A stretch of DNA of 64,000 bases from Candidatus Bathyarchaeota archaeon. GTDB taxonomy: Archaea; Thermoproteota; CALKCG01; B24; DRYS01. Below are positions 17,914-28,260 of this stretch, piece by piece. A program made the translations under genes and the position numbers. The notes beneath the pieces were generated by a model. The model was not told where the DNA came from. It saw only the letters and a list, made by a program, of their open reading frames with translations, and searched no databases. The stretch is from the NCBI GenBank assembly GCA_025058595.1, contig JANXEK010000005.1, positions 4,685 through 68,684 on the forward strand, given 5' to 3'. Every line of letters starts with the position of its first letter. Position 1 is the stretch's first letter.

Positions 17914-20900
17914 ATGGTGTATATAAAGCGTATAGAGGTTAGAGGGTTTAAATCGTTTAAAGGTCGAACCGTAATAAATCTATGTAAGGGTTTCAACGTT
18001 ATAACAGGTCCGAATGGATCTGGGAAAAGCAATATAATCGATGCTATAAAGTTTGCTTTAGGCGAACTTAACCCTAGGATGTTAAGGGTTGAAAAGTTTT
18101 CTGAACTTATATGCGACAGTCTTGAAGCGGATTCTAAGAAGGCATACGTGAAGATCGTGATAGATAATAGCGATAGATTGATACCCGTTGACGATAGCGA
18201 GGTCGAGATTCAACGCTCTATATATGGTAACGGTAAGATGGACTACAGGGTTAACGGGCGTAGATCATCGAGAGAGACTATCCTAGATATGTTATCTACG
18301 GTAGGATTATCACCTTCAGGCGCTAACATAGTTATGCAAGGTACTGTAACGAAGATATCCGATCTCTCTCCTAGACGTAGAAGGGAGCTTCTAGAAGAGA
18401 TAGTAGGTATATCGATGTATGATGAGAGGAAAGCTAGAGCGGAGGAGGAGCTTAGGAAAGCTGAGATAAACTTTAGGGTAGCTGAAGCTAAGCTTGAAGC
18501 TATAGGTGAACAGCTGGAGAAGTTAACTAGAGAGAGGGAGCAAGCCTTAAGATATATCGATCTGAAAGCTAGGATTACGAAGCTACGTATCGCACTTCTT
18601 TCAGCTAAGATAATAGGTTTAAGAAGCGAGTTAGAAGAACTATCTAGTGAACACGTAAAGGTTCAGTCAGACATCGAAGCTCTACGAAGCCGACTTGAAA
18701 CCCTTAAAGCTGAACGTAAGAGTATAGAGGATGAACTTGCAAGCCTACCAATCCAGCCTATCGAAGCCGATAACCTATCGCCTCAGCTTTCACGATTGAA
18801 GGAAGCTAAGATTAGGTTTGAGGAAGCGCTAAAATCTGTGGATGACGAGATCTTATCGCTTAGAGAGGTACAAAAGAATCTAACAGAGAAGCTATCTAGC
18901 GTAGAAGCCGAGATTAAACATATCACCGAGAAAGTGGAGGAGCTATCTATAGAGGAATCAAAGCTGGTTAAAGCTATAGATAGGAAGAGGATTGAATACC
19001 GCTCCTTTCTAGATCGTATAGGTAGTGTAGGAGCACATCTTAAGGGTATGGTGGAGAATATCGCTAAGATGCATGATGAATACGTAGAGGCTATAGCTAT
19101 ATACTCTCAACTGCGTAGCCGCATAATAGAGTGTGAAGCTAAGCTATCCTTCATAGAGAAGTCTATAGAATCTAGAGAGGAATCTCTGAAGAAGCTTAAC
19201 GATGTAGATGCATCCGTCAGACAGCAGATAGAAGCAGTTCGAGCAGCTAAGCTTAAACTTCAAGAAGCCGCCGCTAAACTCCTCGATAGGCTTCAAACAC
19301 TCATCTCGAATATAGAGATACTAAACACTAGGTCGAATTCAGCTTCCTCTCTGGTATACAGGTGCAGGGAGGTTATCTCGTATCTAAAATCGCAGTTGGA
19401 GACAGCTGATAAACTGACAAATATATATTCTCTAAGGGATGCCGTCCAAAAGATAATATCCGAGAATCCATCGCTAGGTATCTACGGATTATTATCTGAT
19501 AACGTTAAGTTCAAAGATGATCTCAGAACCGTTCTAGAATCTGTAGCTGGTGTATTTCTCCACGCGGTCGTAGTGAAAGATCTAGATTCATGTCTCGCAT
19601 GTCTAGATAGACTGAAAAGTTTAGGTATAGATAAAGCTACTATAATCCCGCTTTCAGAGATTAAGCCTACAGCTTCAATAGAGTATCCCTCTACCGATGG
19701 CATTGTAGGAGTATCTTCTGTCTTCGTAGAGTACCCCCTAGAGCTTAAATCAGTCGTGGATCTAATTTTTGGATCTACTATTATAGTCTCGAGTAGAAGC
19801 TTAGCCGTAGAATTGTCAAGTAAAGGTTTCAGAGCTGTAACCTTGGATGGCGAGTTGTACGAACCTGAAGGTTTCGTTAAGATTAGTTCTTCTCTGAGAC
19901 TGGACTACCCTAGATTCCTCGCTAAACGTAAACTCCTATCGACCCTGCTCGACCTATCTGAACGTTTAGAGAAAGCTATAGAAGGTGAATCCGTACTCCG
20001 TAGATCGCTATTGGATGAGTATAGAGCCACCCGTATAAGTTATTTAGAACTTGAGAAGAAGATAACGGTTGCAGATCTATACGATGACCTCCTCGAAAAG
20101 GAGTTAGCTAGACTCGATAAACGTAGGAGATCCATCGAGCAGGAGATCACCGATCTACGCAGTGAAGTTAATCGGCTTAGGGAGGAGGTAGATTCTAAAC
20201 GAACTGATGCTAGATCGTTCGAGAGGAAGATCGGGTTCATAGTTAAGCAGATCTCAGACGCTACTTCTAAGATTAACTCATCGAAACTGGATGATGAGAT
20301 CTCTGGAGAGATCTCAGATATAGCTTCTGAGTTATCGAACCTAGAGGAAGCTTTACTGAAAGTTAGATCTGAGAAGTCTATGCTTCAAGGTAGACTAGAA
20401 ATGCTTGGAGGTAGAGAGTATCGTACACTTAGGGATGAGTTGAGCAGGGTATCAGAAAATATGGCTTCTCTCCAAAATAGGCGTCTAAGTATAGAGGAAC
20501 AGTTGAGAGATCTAGATCGTTCGATACAGAGGATAGAATCCGAGATTAAATCTAGGGGTATCGGAGTGGATTCTAAATCTTCGCATCTATATGAAAGACT
20601 ATCCGCTATCAGAGTAGAGATGGAGTCTCTCGAGGAATCGTATAGGCAGCTTACGGATAGATTACGTGCGATCGAATCTAGCATCTACGAAAGGAAAGCT
20701 AAGCTGGAGATTATGGAAGTGGAGCTTCGTAAATTAGGCTTCGATCAGCCGATATCTGTGGATACTCAAAACCTATCATCGATAGAAGAGTCGATAGCTA
20801 GATATGAAGCTGAGATAGAAGCTTTGGGCTCCGTAAACCTTCTATCTGTAGATGAATACGAGGATGTTAAGCGTAGATACGATGAGCTAGCTGGGAAGGT

Positions 20901-21426
20901 AGCTGTATTGAGAGAGGAGAAGCTTTCGATAGAGAAGTTTATCATGGAGATCGAAAGGGAGAAGAAGCGTGTATTCGTGGAGTTCCTCGATAAGCTGAAT
21001 TCTAAGCTTAGAGAGGCCTTCTCTAAATTCACCGGTGGAGGAGATGCATGGCTTGAACCTGAGAATAAGATCGATATATTTGATGGAGGTATCGATCTTG
21101 TGACGGTATTCCCAGGTAAGCCTAAACGTTCTGTAAGCATAGCTAGCGGGGGAGAGAAAACCATCGCCGCCCTATCATTCATATTCGCTCTATCTAAGCT
21201 GAATCCTACCATGATATATATATTGGATGAAGTTGATGCCCATCTCGACCCTCTGAATCTAGAGAGATTGGCCTCAGCTCTAAAGGATCTTTCTAGTGAA
21301 TGTCAGCTTATAGTTGTAAGCTTGAAGGATGTGGTGGTATCCAAAGCTGATAAAATCTACGGGGTATACTCTAGGAACGGTCTATCTAAAGTCGTAGCGT
21401 CAATCCTAAAAGTGGAGGCTACCTAA
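17914..21426 (+). CDS. smc: Chromosome segregation protein SMC
   Basis: GFKSF, Walker A GPNGSGKS, long coiled coils with central hinge, LGSVN, SGGEK signature, Walker B ILDEVDAHLD. Confidence 0.95.
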   Translation: MVYIKRIEVRGFKSFKGRTVINLCKGFNVITGPNGSGKSNIIDAIKFALGELNPRMLRVEKFSELICDSLEADSKKAYVKIVIDNSDRLIPVDDSEVEIQRSIYGNGKMDYRVNGRRSSRETILDMLSTVGLSPSGANIVMQGTVTKISDLSPRRRRELLEEIVGISMYDERKARAEEELRKAEINFRVAEAKLEAIGEQLEKLTREREQALRYIDLKARITKLRIALLSAKIIGLRSELEELSSEHVKVQSDIEALRSRLETLKAERKSIEDELASLPIQPIEADNLSPQLSRLKEAKIRFEEALKSVDDEILSLREVQKNLTEKLSSVEAEIKHITEKVEELSIEESKLVKAIDRKRIEYRSFLDRIGSVGAHLKGMVENIAKMHDEYVEAIAIYSQLRSRIIECEAKLSFIEKSIESREESLKKLNDVDASVRQQIEAVRAAKLKLQEAAAKLLDRLQTLISNIEILNTRSNSASSLVYRCREVISYLKSQLETADKLTNIYSLRDAVQKIISENPSLGIYGLLSDNVKFKDDLRTVLESVAGVFLHAVVVKDLDSCLACLDRLKSLGIDKATIIPLSEIKPTASIEYPSTDGIVGVSSVFVEYPLELKSVVDLIFGSTIIVSSRSLAVELSSKGFRAVTLDGELYEPEGFVKISSSLRLDYPRFLAKRKLLSTLLDLSERLEKAIEGESVLRRSLLDEYRATRISYLELEKKITVADLYDDLLEKELARLDKRRRSIEQEITDLRSEVNRLREEVDSKRTDARSFERKIGFIVKQISDATSKINSSKLDDEISGEISDIASELSNLEEALLKVRSEKSMLQGRLEMLGGREYRTLRDELSRVSENMASLQNRRLSIEEQLRDLDRSIQRIESEIKSRGIGVDSKSSHLYERLSAIRVEMESLEESYRQLTDRLRAIESSIYERKAKLEIMEVELRKLGFDQPISVDTQNLSSIEESIARYEAEIEALGSVNLLSVDEYEDVKRRYDELAGKVAVLREEKLSIEKFIMEIEREKKRVFVEFLDKLNSKLREAFSKFTGGGDAWLEPENKIDIFDGGIDLVTVFPGKPKRSVSIASGGEKTIAALSFIFALSKLNPTMIYILDEVDAHLDPLNLERLASALKDLSSECQLIVVSLKDVVVSKADKIYGVYSRNGLSKVVASILKVEAT

Positions 21427-21427
21427 G

Positions 21428-22123
21428 ATGGGTGAAAAACCATTCTGGCTTGAAGAACCGTGGATATTCCTCATAGATCTATCCAGAGCTAGATCTATGG
21501 ATCCATGGTCTATAGATCTGAAGACGTTAATAATAGGTTTCCTGGAGAAACTTAAATCCTACGGGTTGATAAACTTCTCTATACCGGGCTTAGCCCTCCT
21601 CTCTTCTGCTACCATATTCAAACTTAAAGTCGATTATCTATTCAAACCTTTCACAGCTAAGATCGATGAGAGAAAACCTTCTGAAAGGGGTATTAAGACG
21701 GTATCTATATCGGAGATCCCGACGATAGAACTTCCGCTGAGATATAACTTCGCTTCGCTCGACGTCGAAACAATCTTAAAGCTGATAGTAGAGGTAATCG
21801 AAGAAACTGCTAGAGTTAAAACTAGATCTATAGATGAACTTATGGATCACTCTCCTCCAGTTATATCGGAGGAGAGTTTTGAATCTAGGATAGAGTCATG
21901 GATACGGGAATTAGAGGATATGCTAAGTGCGATGCTACGTAACGGGTATGAATCTATAAGCTTCTATAAGCTCACCGAGGGCATGGATATAGTGAGGCGA
22001 GTTAAGGTATTCATAGCTCTACTCTTCCTAGCATCTCAAGGCAAAATCGAACTGTTTCAAGAGGGAGATGAATCTGATCTAATCATATCGGCGGAGGGGT
22101 ATAAGGTTTGGTTGAAAAGTTGA
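21428..22123 (+). CDS. scpA: Kleisin ScpA
   Basis: DPWSIDL N-terminus, FIALLFLA..GKIEL.Q C-terminal wHTH; lies between smc and scpB. Confidence 0.85.
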   Translation: MGEKPFWLEEPWIFLIDLSRARSMDPWSIDLKTLIIGFLEKLKSYGLINFSIPGLALLSSATIFKLKVDYLFKPFTAKIDERKPSERGIKTVSISEIPTIELPLRYNFASLDVETILKLIVEVIEETARVKTRSIDELMDHSPPVISEESFESRIESWIRELEDMLSAMLRNGYESISFYKLTEGMDIVRRVKVFIALLFLASQGKIELFQEGDESDLIISAEGYKVWLKS

Positions 22124-22668
22124 AAGGGATAGTCGAAGCTATACTATACGTAGCAGGTAGACCTGTAGAGATTTCCAGGATACATAGAGCTTTAAAGAAG
22201 TTTCTTCCATCTATAGACATCGAAGATATACGTAGAGCTATACTACAATTGATGGATGATCTCCGCTCATCAGATTCCGCTCTAGAAATCCTACATCTCC
22301 CAGGAGATAGATTCGTCTTACAACTTAGATCTGAGTATTCTGATATCGCTAAGCTCTTCTCGTTCACACCACCTATAGGTAAGGGGCTTCTCAAAACTCT
22401 ATCCTATATCGCCTTAAATCAGCCTGTAGCTCTAAGCCAGGTTGCAAAAGTTAGAGGTAGCTCAGCCTATCGTCATGTACGTGAATTGAAGCGTATGAAG
22501 CTTATATCATCTGAGAGGAAGGGTAAGGAAAATATACTATATACTAGTGCTAGTTTCAACGAGATGATGGGTTTATCAGGTTCGCCATCCGAAGTAGCCG
22601 AAATACTCAAGAAGCTATTCGCTTCTAAGCATGAAGAATATACTCTAAGACTACCCGGCCTATCATAA
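22108..22668 (+). CDS. scpB: SMC-Scp complex subunit ScpB
   Basis: VEAILYVAGRPV, LKTLSYIALNQPV, VRGSSAY.HV. Confidence 0.9.
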   Translation: MVEKLKGIVEAILYVAGRPVEISRIHRALKKFLPSIDIEDIRRAILQLMDDLRSSDSALEILHLPGDRFVLQLRSEYSDIAKLFSFTPPIGKGLLKTLSYIALNQPVALSQVAKVRGSSAYRHVRELKRMKLISSERKGKENILYTSASFNEMMGLSGSPSEVAEILKKLFASKHEEYTLRLPGLS

Positions 22669-22716
22669 GAGGGTTTATATATGTAGATCCAACTTCTAGA
22701 TGGGTGGGGTATAGGG

Positions 22717-23109
22717 ATGCCTATCTGGCATTGGGATCTACATAAACGTAAGCCGTCAGGTGGTAAACGTAGGACTTACCGTGGTAAACGTAGATACGAG
22801 GTGGGAGGCTATCCGGCTGAGACGATATTAGGGGATCCTAAGCGTAGCGTAGAACGCAGTACGGGTGGAAATATCAAAGTTAAACTATTATCCGATAAGA
22901 TCGTGAACGTAGCTGATCCATCCACCGGTAAAACGGTTAAAACAAGTATCCTTAGAGTTGTTAAGAATCAGAGCAACGCAGACTATGATCGTAGAGGTGT
23001 GATAACTAAAGGCACTATAGTAGCTACACCACTTGGTTTAGCTAAGATAACATCACGTCCAGGTCAAGATGGGGTTTTAAACGCCGTCCTATTAGAATCT
23101 GCTAGATAG
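22717..23109 (+). CDS. rps8e: 30S ribosomal protein S8e
   Basis: KRKPSGG, RRGVITKG, TSRPGQDGVLNAVL. Confidence 0.97.
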   Translation: MPIWHWDLHKRKPSGGKRRTYRGKRRYEVGGYPAETILGDPKRSVERSTGGNIKVKLLSDKIVNVADPSTGKTVKTSILRVVKNQSNADYDRRGVITKGTIVATPLGLAKITSRPGQDGVLNAVLLESAR

Positions 23110-23134
23110 AATACTTGCCCGGCTCTATTAAGGT

Positions 23135-23443
23135 ATGAAGCTTAAGAACCGTGTGATCATCTGGCCTGTCTACCTAGATTCTAGATATTCTAGGAAGCTC
23201 GGTAGACGTATACCGAAGCATCTGGCTGTAGATAATCCTAAACTCGAAGAACTACTCGAAGCTGCTAAGAATCTAGGTCTCAACCCAGAGTCTCGGCTAG
23301 GTAAAGCGTATCCTAGATCGTGGTGGGATAGATCTGGATACCTAGTAGTCGATAAGAAGTTCTCTAAGCAAGAGCTTCTAAAGAAGCTTGCAGAGGAGGT
23401 TCTTAAAGCTAGAGGTGTTATAGCTAGGAGGGCTTCTCGTTAA
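23135..23443 (+). CDS. srp19: Signal recognition particle protein SRP19
   Basis: IIWPVYLDS..SRKLGRRIPK..AV.NP, KAYPRSWW. Confidence 0.95.
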   Translation: MKLKNRVIIWPVYLDSRYSRKLGRRIPKHLAVDNPKLEELLEAAKNLGLNPESRLGKAYPRSWWDRSGYLVVDKKFSKQELLKKLAEEVLKARGVIARRASR

Positions 23444-23597
23444 AGTAGGATTTCTTCATCAAAGTAGTCTGAGATATCCTCATCTATGTTCGCATACCCT
23501 CCTACCGATAATCCAACGCTGTCAGAACCCCTCTTTTAATCCTCGATAACCTTTATTAGGAGAGTGTTTATCGATTTTCGTAGATAGTGAGGCTGAG

Positions 23598-23987
23598 ATG
23601 CCTAAGCCTATTCATGTTAGGTTTGAAGTTCCGAGGGAGTTAGCGGATGCGGCCTATGAGCTACTGGTTACTGTGCGAACTTCCGGAGGTAAGATTAGGA
23701 AAGGCGCTAACGAGGTAACTAAAGCCGTAGATAGAGGTTTAGCTAAACTTGTATTGATAGCTGAGGATGTAGATCCTCCGGAGATAGTAGCGCATCTACC
23801 GCTTCTTTGCGAGGAAAGGAAGGTTCCATACGTCTATGTCCCGTCTAAGCAGAAGCTTGGAGAAGCTTCGGGTATAGAGGTTCAAGCATCATCAGCATGT
23901 ATAGTAGATCCAGGTGAAGCTAAAGATGTACTTCAAGCGTTCGTAGAGAAGCTTAACGCTATACGTAAAGGTGGTATTAAGAGTTGA
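23598..23987 (+). CDS. rpl7ae: 50S ribosomal protein L7Ae
   Basis: [42 protein letters not shown]. Confidence 0.97.
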   Translation: MPKPIHVRFEVPRELADAAYELLVTVRTSGGKIRKGANEVTKAVDRGLAKLVLIAEDVDPPEIVAHLPLLCEERKVPYVYVPSKQKLGEASGIEVQASSACIVDPGEAKDVLQAFVEKLNAIRKGGIKS

Positions 23988-24193
23988 GCTACAGGGAGGA
24001 TGTAACCCCCGCTGAAGTTATACAGGTTTTAGGTAGGACTGGACCGACAGGTGAGGTTCAGATAGTTAGGGTTAAGATACTCGAAGGTAAGGATGCTGGG
24101 CGCATAATATCAAGGATAGTTAAGGGTCCTGTACGTGTAGGGGATATACTTATGCTTAGAGAGACCGAGAGGGAAGCTAGGGGTCTCAGGTGA
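23984..24193 (+). CDS. rps28e: 30S ribosomal protein S28e
   Basis: GRTGPTGEV...[21 protein letters not shown]. Confidence 0.97.
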   Translation: MSYREDVTPAEVIQVLGRTGPTGEVQIVRVKILEGKDAGRIISRIVKGPVRVGDILMLRETEREARGLR

Positions 24194-24197
24194 TCCT

Positions 24198-24410
24198 ATG
24201 CCTAGAGAGAGGACCTGCGTATTCTGCGGCGGTAAGATACCTCCCGGTACAGGTCTACTATTCGTTAGAAACGATGGAAGCCTCCTATGGTTCTGTTCTC
24301 GTAAGTGCAGAGTTAGTATGCTTAAAATGCGTAGAGATCCTAGAAAGCTTAAATGGACGATCCACTATGGTAAAAAGGAGATAGCTAAACCTACAGATCA
24401 ACACCTCTAG
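24198..24410 (+). CDS. rpl24e: 50S ribosomal protein L24e
   Basis: CVFCG..IPPGTG.LFVRNDG...FCSRKC...RDPRKLKWT. Confidence 0.97.
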   Translation: MPRERTCVFCGGKIPPGTGLLFVRNDGSLLWFCSRKCRVSMLKMRRDPRKLKWTIHYGKKEIAKPTDQHL

Positions 24411-24423
24411 GAGGTCGTAATCC

Positions 24424-25050
24424 TTGAAGATAGTCGTAGTCGCGGCTCCAGGTGGGGGTAAAACCACGATAATGAATTATGTTAAGAAGAGGAAACCTGA
24501 TGTGGTGATAGTGAATTTCGGAGATTACATGTTCGATATAGCTAAGATGCGTTTCGGTATAGAAGACCGGGATGAGATGCGTAGGAAGATACCCGTAGAC
24601 CAGTATAGATCTATCCAAGAGGAAGCCGCTAGACGTATAGCAGAGCTTAAAGGCGATGTCTTGATAGATACGCATGCAGCTATAAAGAAGCCTGAGGGCT
24701 TCTACCCAGGCCTACCAGACTATATAGTCTCTATAATGAAACCCGATGTTATACTGCTATTCGAATTCGATCCGCATACGATCCTACAGCGTAGGATGAA
24801 GGATATACGCGGTGAAGGCTCTACCCTGAGAACCGGTAGAGATCTAGAATCAGCGGAAGAGATAGAAGCTCATCAACAAGCTAATAGATACTTCGCCTTC
24901 GCGGCTGCTAACGCATCAGGGTGCACCGTTAAGATAGTAGATCTAAGATTCAAGGAAAGTCATCCGTTCGAGCATGCTGAGGTAGGAGCTGAAGAGATAA
25001 TAAAGCTACTCGAAGGATCGGGTTCCCCTAGAATTCGCGGTGATCTATAG
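24424..25050 (+). CDS. adkA: Archaeal-type adenylate kinase
   Basis: P-loop APGGGKTT, VNFGDYM, DRDEMRR, IDTHAAIK.PEGFYPGLP. Confidence 0.9.
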   Translation: MKIVVVAAPGGGKTTIMNYVKKRKPDVVIVNFGDYMFDIAKMRFGIEDRDEMRRKIPVDQYRSIQEEAARRIAELKGDVLIDTHAAIKKPEGFYPGLPDYIVSIMKPDVILLFEFDPHTILQRRMKDIRGEGSTLRTGRDLESAEEIEAHQQANRYFAFAAANASGCTVKIVDLRFKESHPFEHAEVGAEEIIKLLEGSGSPRIRGDL

Positions 25051-25620
25051 CAGATAGTTGCAGGTTCCCCCATCCGTATAACTTTTACAAAACTATAGTG
25101 CATGGAGGCTCCTTTAAAAACCTCTACATGGGGGGATTGAGCCTTACGGGTAGATACAGCTCGTAGAGTACGCTTCCTATAGGGTAATATAGTCTATCCT
25201 AATCATGCTATCCAAACCCTTGATAGAACAACTTCCATATAAGTGGGTGCATAACTAGAGTATACCGTTATGAAAGGGTCGTCCGGAGAAGCAGATCCTC
25301 TATCTCCTTGGTATAGCTATCGATCAACTTCAGCATAAATGATAGAGCATATATAACGGATCGTCAGGTCCTCCGACGTTTCCCCATCTATATCTATGTT
25401 GTGGAGTATGGATTGCGAGATCCTTGTGGTATATTCCGAAAGCTCTCGCTTCTAACGTTGTCGTTATCTGTGTACGTGAATATCGTGTAGGATCTAATTC
25501 TCTCGTTGTCATCTATATCGAAAGTCCTATAGGCTATTGGTAAAAGGCTCCTCGCAATGTATACATGAGGGAAAGTCTTTTATGCCGATACTCTAAGCTA
25601 TATTCTTCGGTCGAGGGGCT

Positions 25621-25923
25621 ATGTCTACCGGGCGTATTAGGAAGCTTCAGGGAATAGTTGAAGCCGTCGAGTGTACGGGTGAGAAGGTTAAGGACGATGA
25701 GGGGCTGGAATGGGAAAAGGTAGTCTATACGGTTAGGATTACAGGTTTCAGTAAAAGGACTCCTGATGAGAAGCTACCTGAGCATCTCAGGGATATGCGT
25801 GTTAAGCTTGTAAGATATGCATGTTTCGATTGGCATTTCAAGATTGGTGTTAGGAAAACGCTTGAGCCGGATGAGACTGAAGCCGTCTTAAACGGTGTTA
25901 AAATCGATACTGTATACTGGTAA
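25621..25923 (+). CDS. Hypothetical protein (beta-rich)
   Basis: Clean 100-aa ORF with SD GAGGGG and upstream TTTTA box; host-like codon usage. Confidence 0.7.
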   Translation: MSTGRIRKLQGIVEAVECTGEKVKDDEGLEWEKVVYTVRITGFSKRTPDEKLPEHLRDMRVKLVRYACFDWHFKIGVRKTLEPDETEAVLNGVKIDTVYW

Positions 25924-26006
25924 TTTCTATCATGCCGACTCGGACGTTATGAGGTCGTTCAGGTTTATAGAGATATTTACCCTATCCCTAATCGGAGGTA
26001 TACTCT

Positions 26007-26480
26007 ATGAGTAAGGAATATTTCGAAGAGCTGTTATCTAAGGGGTTGAAGAAGTCTATAAGGGAGGCTCTCTCGGATTCTAAAGCTAGAAGTGATGCCA
26101 TCACGTTTATGAGTAGGGAAGTTAAACGTCTTAGGCTCGATCCTAGGCGTGTAGAAGGGCTTATAGACGATCTATCTGCGTCTATACTTTTCTCGCTTGC
26201 TACCGATGTCGTAATCTATGCGATAATGAATGTATACGGTGAAGAGGCTATGATCAGAAAGGCTCTAGCCGACGCAGTCTCTAACGCTGTAACGAGTAGA
26301 GCTTTAGAGAGATTCTTGAAGGAATGTAATATCGGTTACGCTATAAGCAGGTTTGGTGAAAACGAGGTTGAAGCTATCGCTCAGAAAGTTACTATGGATA
26401 CGTTAGCCGGGGATGAGGAATTCCTATCGCTGACAGAAGAGCTTAAAAAGATGATAATCGAAGCTCTATCTAAAACGTAG
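26007..26480 (+). CDS. Hypothetical protein (helical)
   Basis: Clean ORF with SD GGAGGT, probably co-transcribed with ppa. Confidence 0.7.
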   Translation: MSKEYFEELLSKGLKKSIREALSDSKARSDAITFMSREVKRLRLDPRRVEGLIDDLSASILFSLATDVVIYAIMNVYGEEAMIRKALADAVSNAVTSRALERFLKECNIGYAISRFGENEVEAIAQKVTMDTLAGDEEFLSLTEELKKMIIEALSKT

Positions 26481-26495
26481 GAGGCGGGGTAGCAT

Positions 26496-27044
26496 ATGTG
26501 GGTATCTAAGCTTAAACCCGGACCTGAAGGTAAACTCCCTAAAGAAGTCTACATACTGATAGAGGTTCCTAAGGGATCTAAGAATAAGTATGAGATAGAT
26601 AAAGAGACAGGTCTACTGGTTCTCGATAGAGTTCTATTCACATCTATGGCGTACCCATGCGATTATGGCTTCATACCCGGGACTCTATGCGAAGATGGAG
26701 ATCCGTTGGACTGTCTACTAATAACATCCCAGCCATTAAACCCAGGTATACTAGTTAAAGCTAGACCGGTAGCGTTGATGCTTATGAGAGATGAGAAAGG
26801 CAAAGATGAAAAGCTTATAGCCGTACCGACGGAAGATATCGATCCAAGGCTATCCAATATAAGAAGCCTCAGAGATATACCTGAAGCAGTCCTTAGAGAA
26901 ATAGAACATTTCTTCGAGCACTATAAAGAACTCGAACCCGGTAAATGGGTTAAAGTTGAGGGATGGCTAGATGCAGATAAAGCAGAGGAGATAATAGAGA
27001 AAGCTGTAGAAACGTATAGGAGAAACATAGGAGGAAAGCTATAG
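26496..27044 (+). CDS. ppa: Inorganic pyrophosphatase (family I)
   Basis: KNKYE, LDRVL, YPCDYGFIP.TL.EDGDPLD, DEKLIAVP, HFFEHYKELE. Confidence 0.97.
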   Translation: MWVSKLKPGPEGKLPKEVYILIEVPKGSKNKYEIDKETGLLVLDRVLFTSMAYPCDYGFIPGTLCEDGDPLDCLLITSQPLNPGILVKARPVALMLMRDEKGKDEKLIAVPTEDIDPRLSNIRSLRDIPEAVLREIEHFFEHYKELEPGKWVKVEGWLDADKAEEIIEKAVETYRRNIGGKL

Positions 27045-27097
27045 GCTCCTACACGTGAAACCCTTATACTTAAGGATACCCCTCCTATAATCCTTAA

Positions 27098-27189
27098 GCC
27101 GGGGTTGCGGAGCCTGGACTAACGCGCAGGCCTTGAGAGCCTGTGGGGCATAACGCCCCTCGTGGGTTCAAATCCCACCCCCGGCGCCA
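27098..27189 (+). tRNA. tRNA-Ser(TGA), CCA encoded
   Basis: GCCGGGGTTGCGGAGCCTGGACTAACGCG-CAGGC-CTTGAGA-GCCTG, long variable arm, GTGGGTTCAAATCCCACCCCCGGCGCCA. Confidence 0.96.
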
Positions 27190-27251
27190 GTCTCCAGATC
27201 TGAACCCCCTCTATACCCTCCCCTTTTTAAGTTTAGAGATAGTGAGTTAGC

Positions 27252-28260
27252 GTGAAGAGCGAGATCTACGATTATTAGGAGAGGCTTAAGCGCTATAGGC
27301 GGACTATAGCTCAGTTCGGTGCGAACGGTGAGATAGCACTCCGTCTCCTAGATTATCTTTTCAGCTTGTACTCTCAACTGCTAGGGTGAGTAAGGTTGGC
27401 GGGTTACATCCCAGTGCTACTCCGCGTGGTAGACTTCAACCTTAAGGAGGCTACTGGGACGGGTATTGAGTGCGTCGTAGCCTGGATTAATAGGCAGCCC
27501 TACATGGAGTGTTAGGCGTGATGAGAAGCTGATTCGATACGCCAGGTACGGGAGCTGCGATAGAGACACGCCAATTCCACTTGAAGTAGCTTGGATAAAG
27601 CTTAGTCGTAGCGGAGGGGGCAGTTGCGTCACGCTAGAGACCCCTAGGTGAGGAAGATTTTAAGGTAATGATTAAAGTGATGGGCAGTTCGCGAGACAAG
27701 TTATGCTCCATGCCCTCTTTGAGAGAGTGTTAAATTCAGGAGAAGCCATTACCTGATTACGGTGGACGAAAGACTGGTTTAAAGCGTATACCGCTGGGCG
27801 TCTCAACACAGCCGCTCCTAAACTGGTTTAGAACCCACCCACGCAGGGAATAAGTCAGAAGCCCCGTTATGGTGCTCGCTGACGACGAACTACATCGGCA
27901 AGCTACTGAGCTAAGGCACTTTCACCTGATCGTCAAAGAGATAGCCGAGAGGGCCGGGATAAAGAGGAAGTATGGCCATATTTATTCAGGCATACTACGA
28001 TAATGAAGATGGCTAAAGTTCTGACGAGGGTCTGCTTGAGAAGTTTGCAAGCTGGGTGCATAACTCAAAGATGGCTACCCGCTACGTGCACTTCAGCACA
28101 AAGGATGTTGAAGAGGCGATCTTAGCCCTATACAGTATAGAGAAGGTTGAGCGGGAGGCAGACTAATCAAAATTGCCAAGTGTTCGTGTTGCGGAAGCCA
28201 CAACCCTTGAAGCTCATAGGTTTCTACACTCAATACGGGCTGCCGGCAGCTCCGAGAACC
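27252..28260 (+). pseudogene. Decayed tyrosine recombinase/integrase
   Basis: Fragments across frames: KSEIYDY*ERLKRYRRTI, VVAWINRQPY, YGSCDRDTPIP.EVAWIKL, KEIAERAGIKR, WPYLFRHT, KFASWVHNSKMATRYVHFS.KDVEEAIL. Many stops and frameshifts; begins about 60 bp after tRNA-Ser. End approximate. Confidence 0.85.

Noticed and set aside
24805-24842. Possible second BHB intron in adkA (CGGT...ACCG around the lid insertion)
   Set aside because: No proper inner stem next to the bulge, and canonical cuts would remove 22 nt and break an intact frame.
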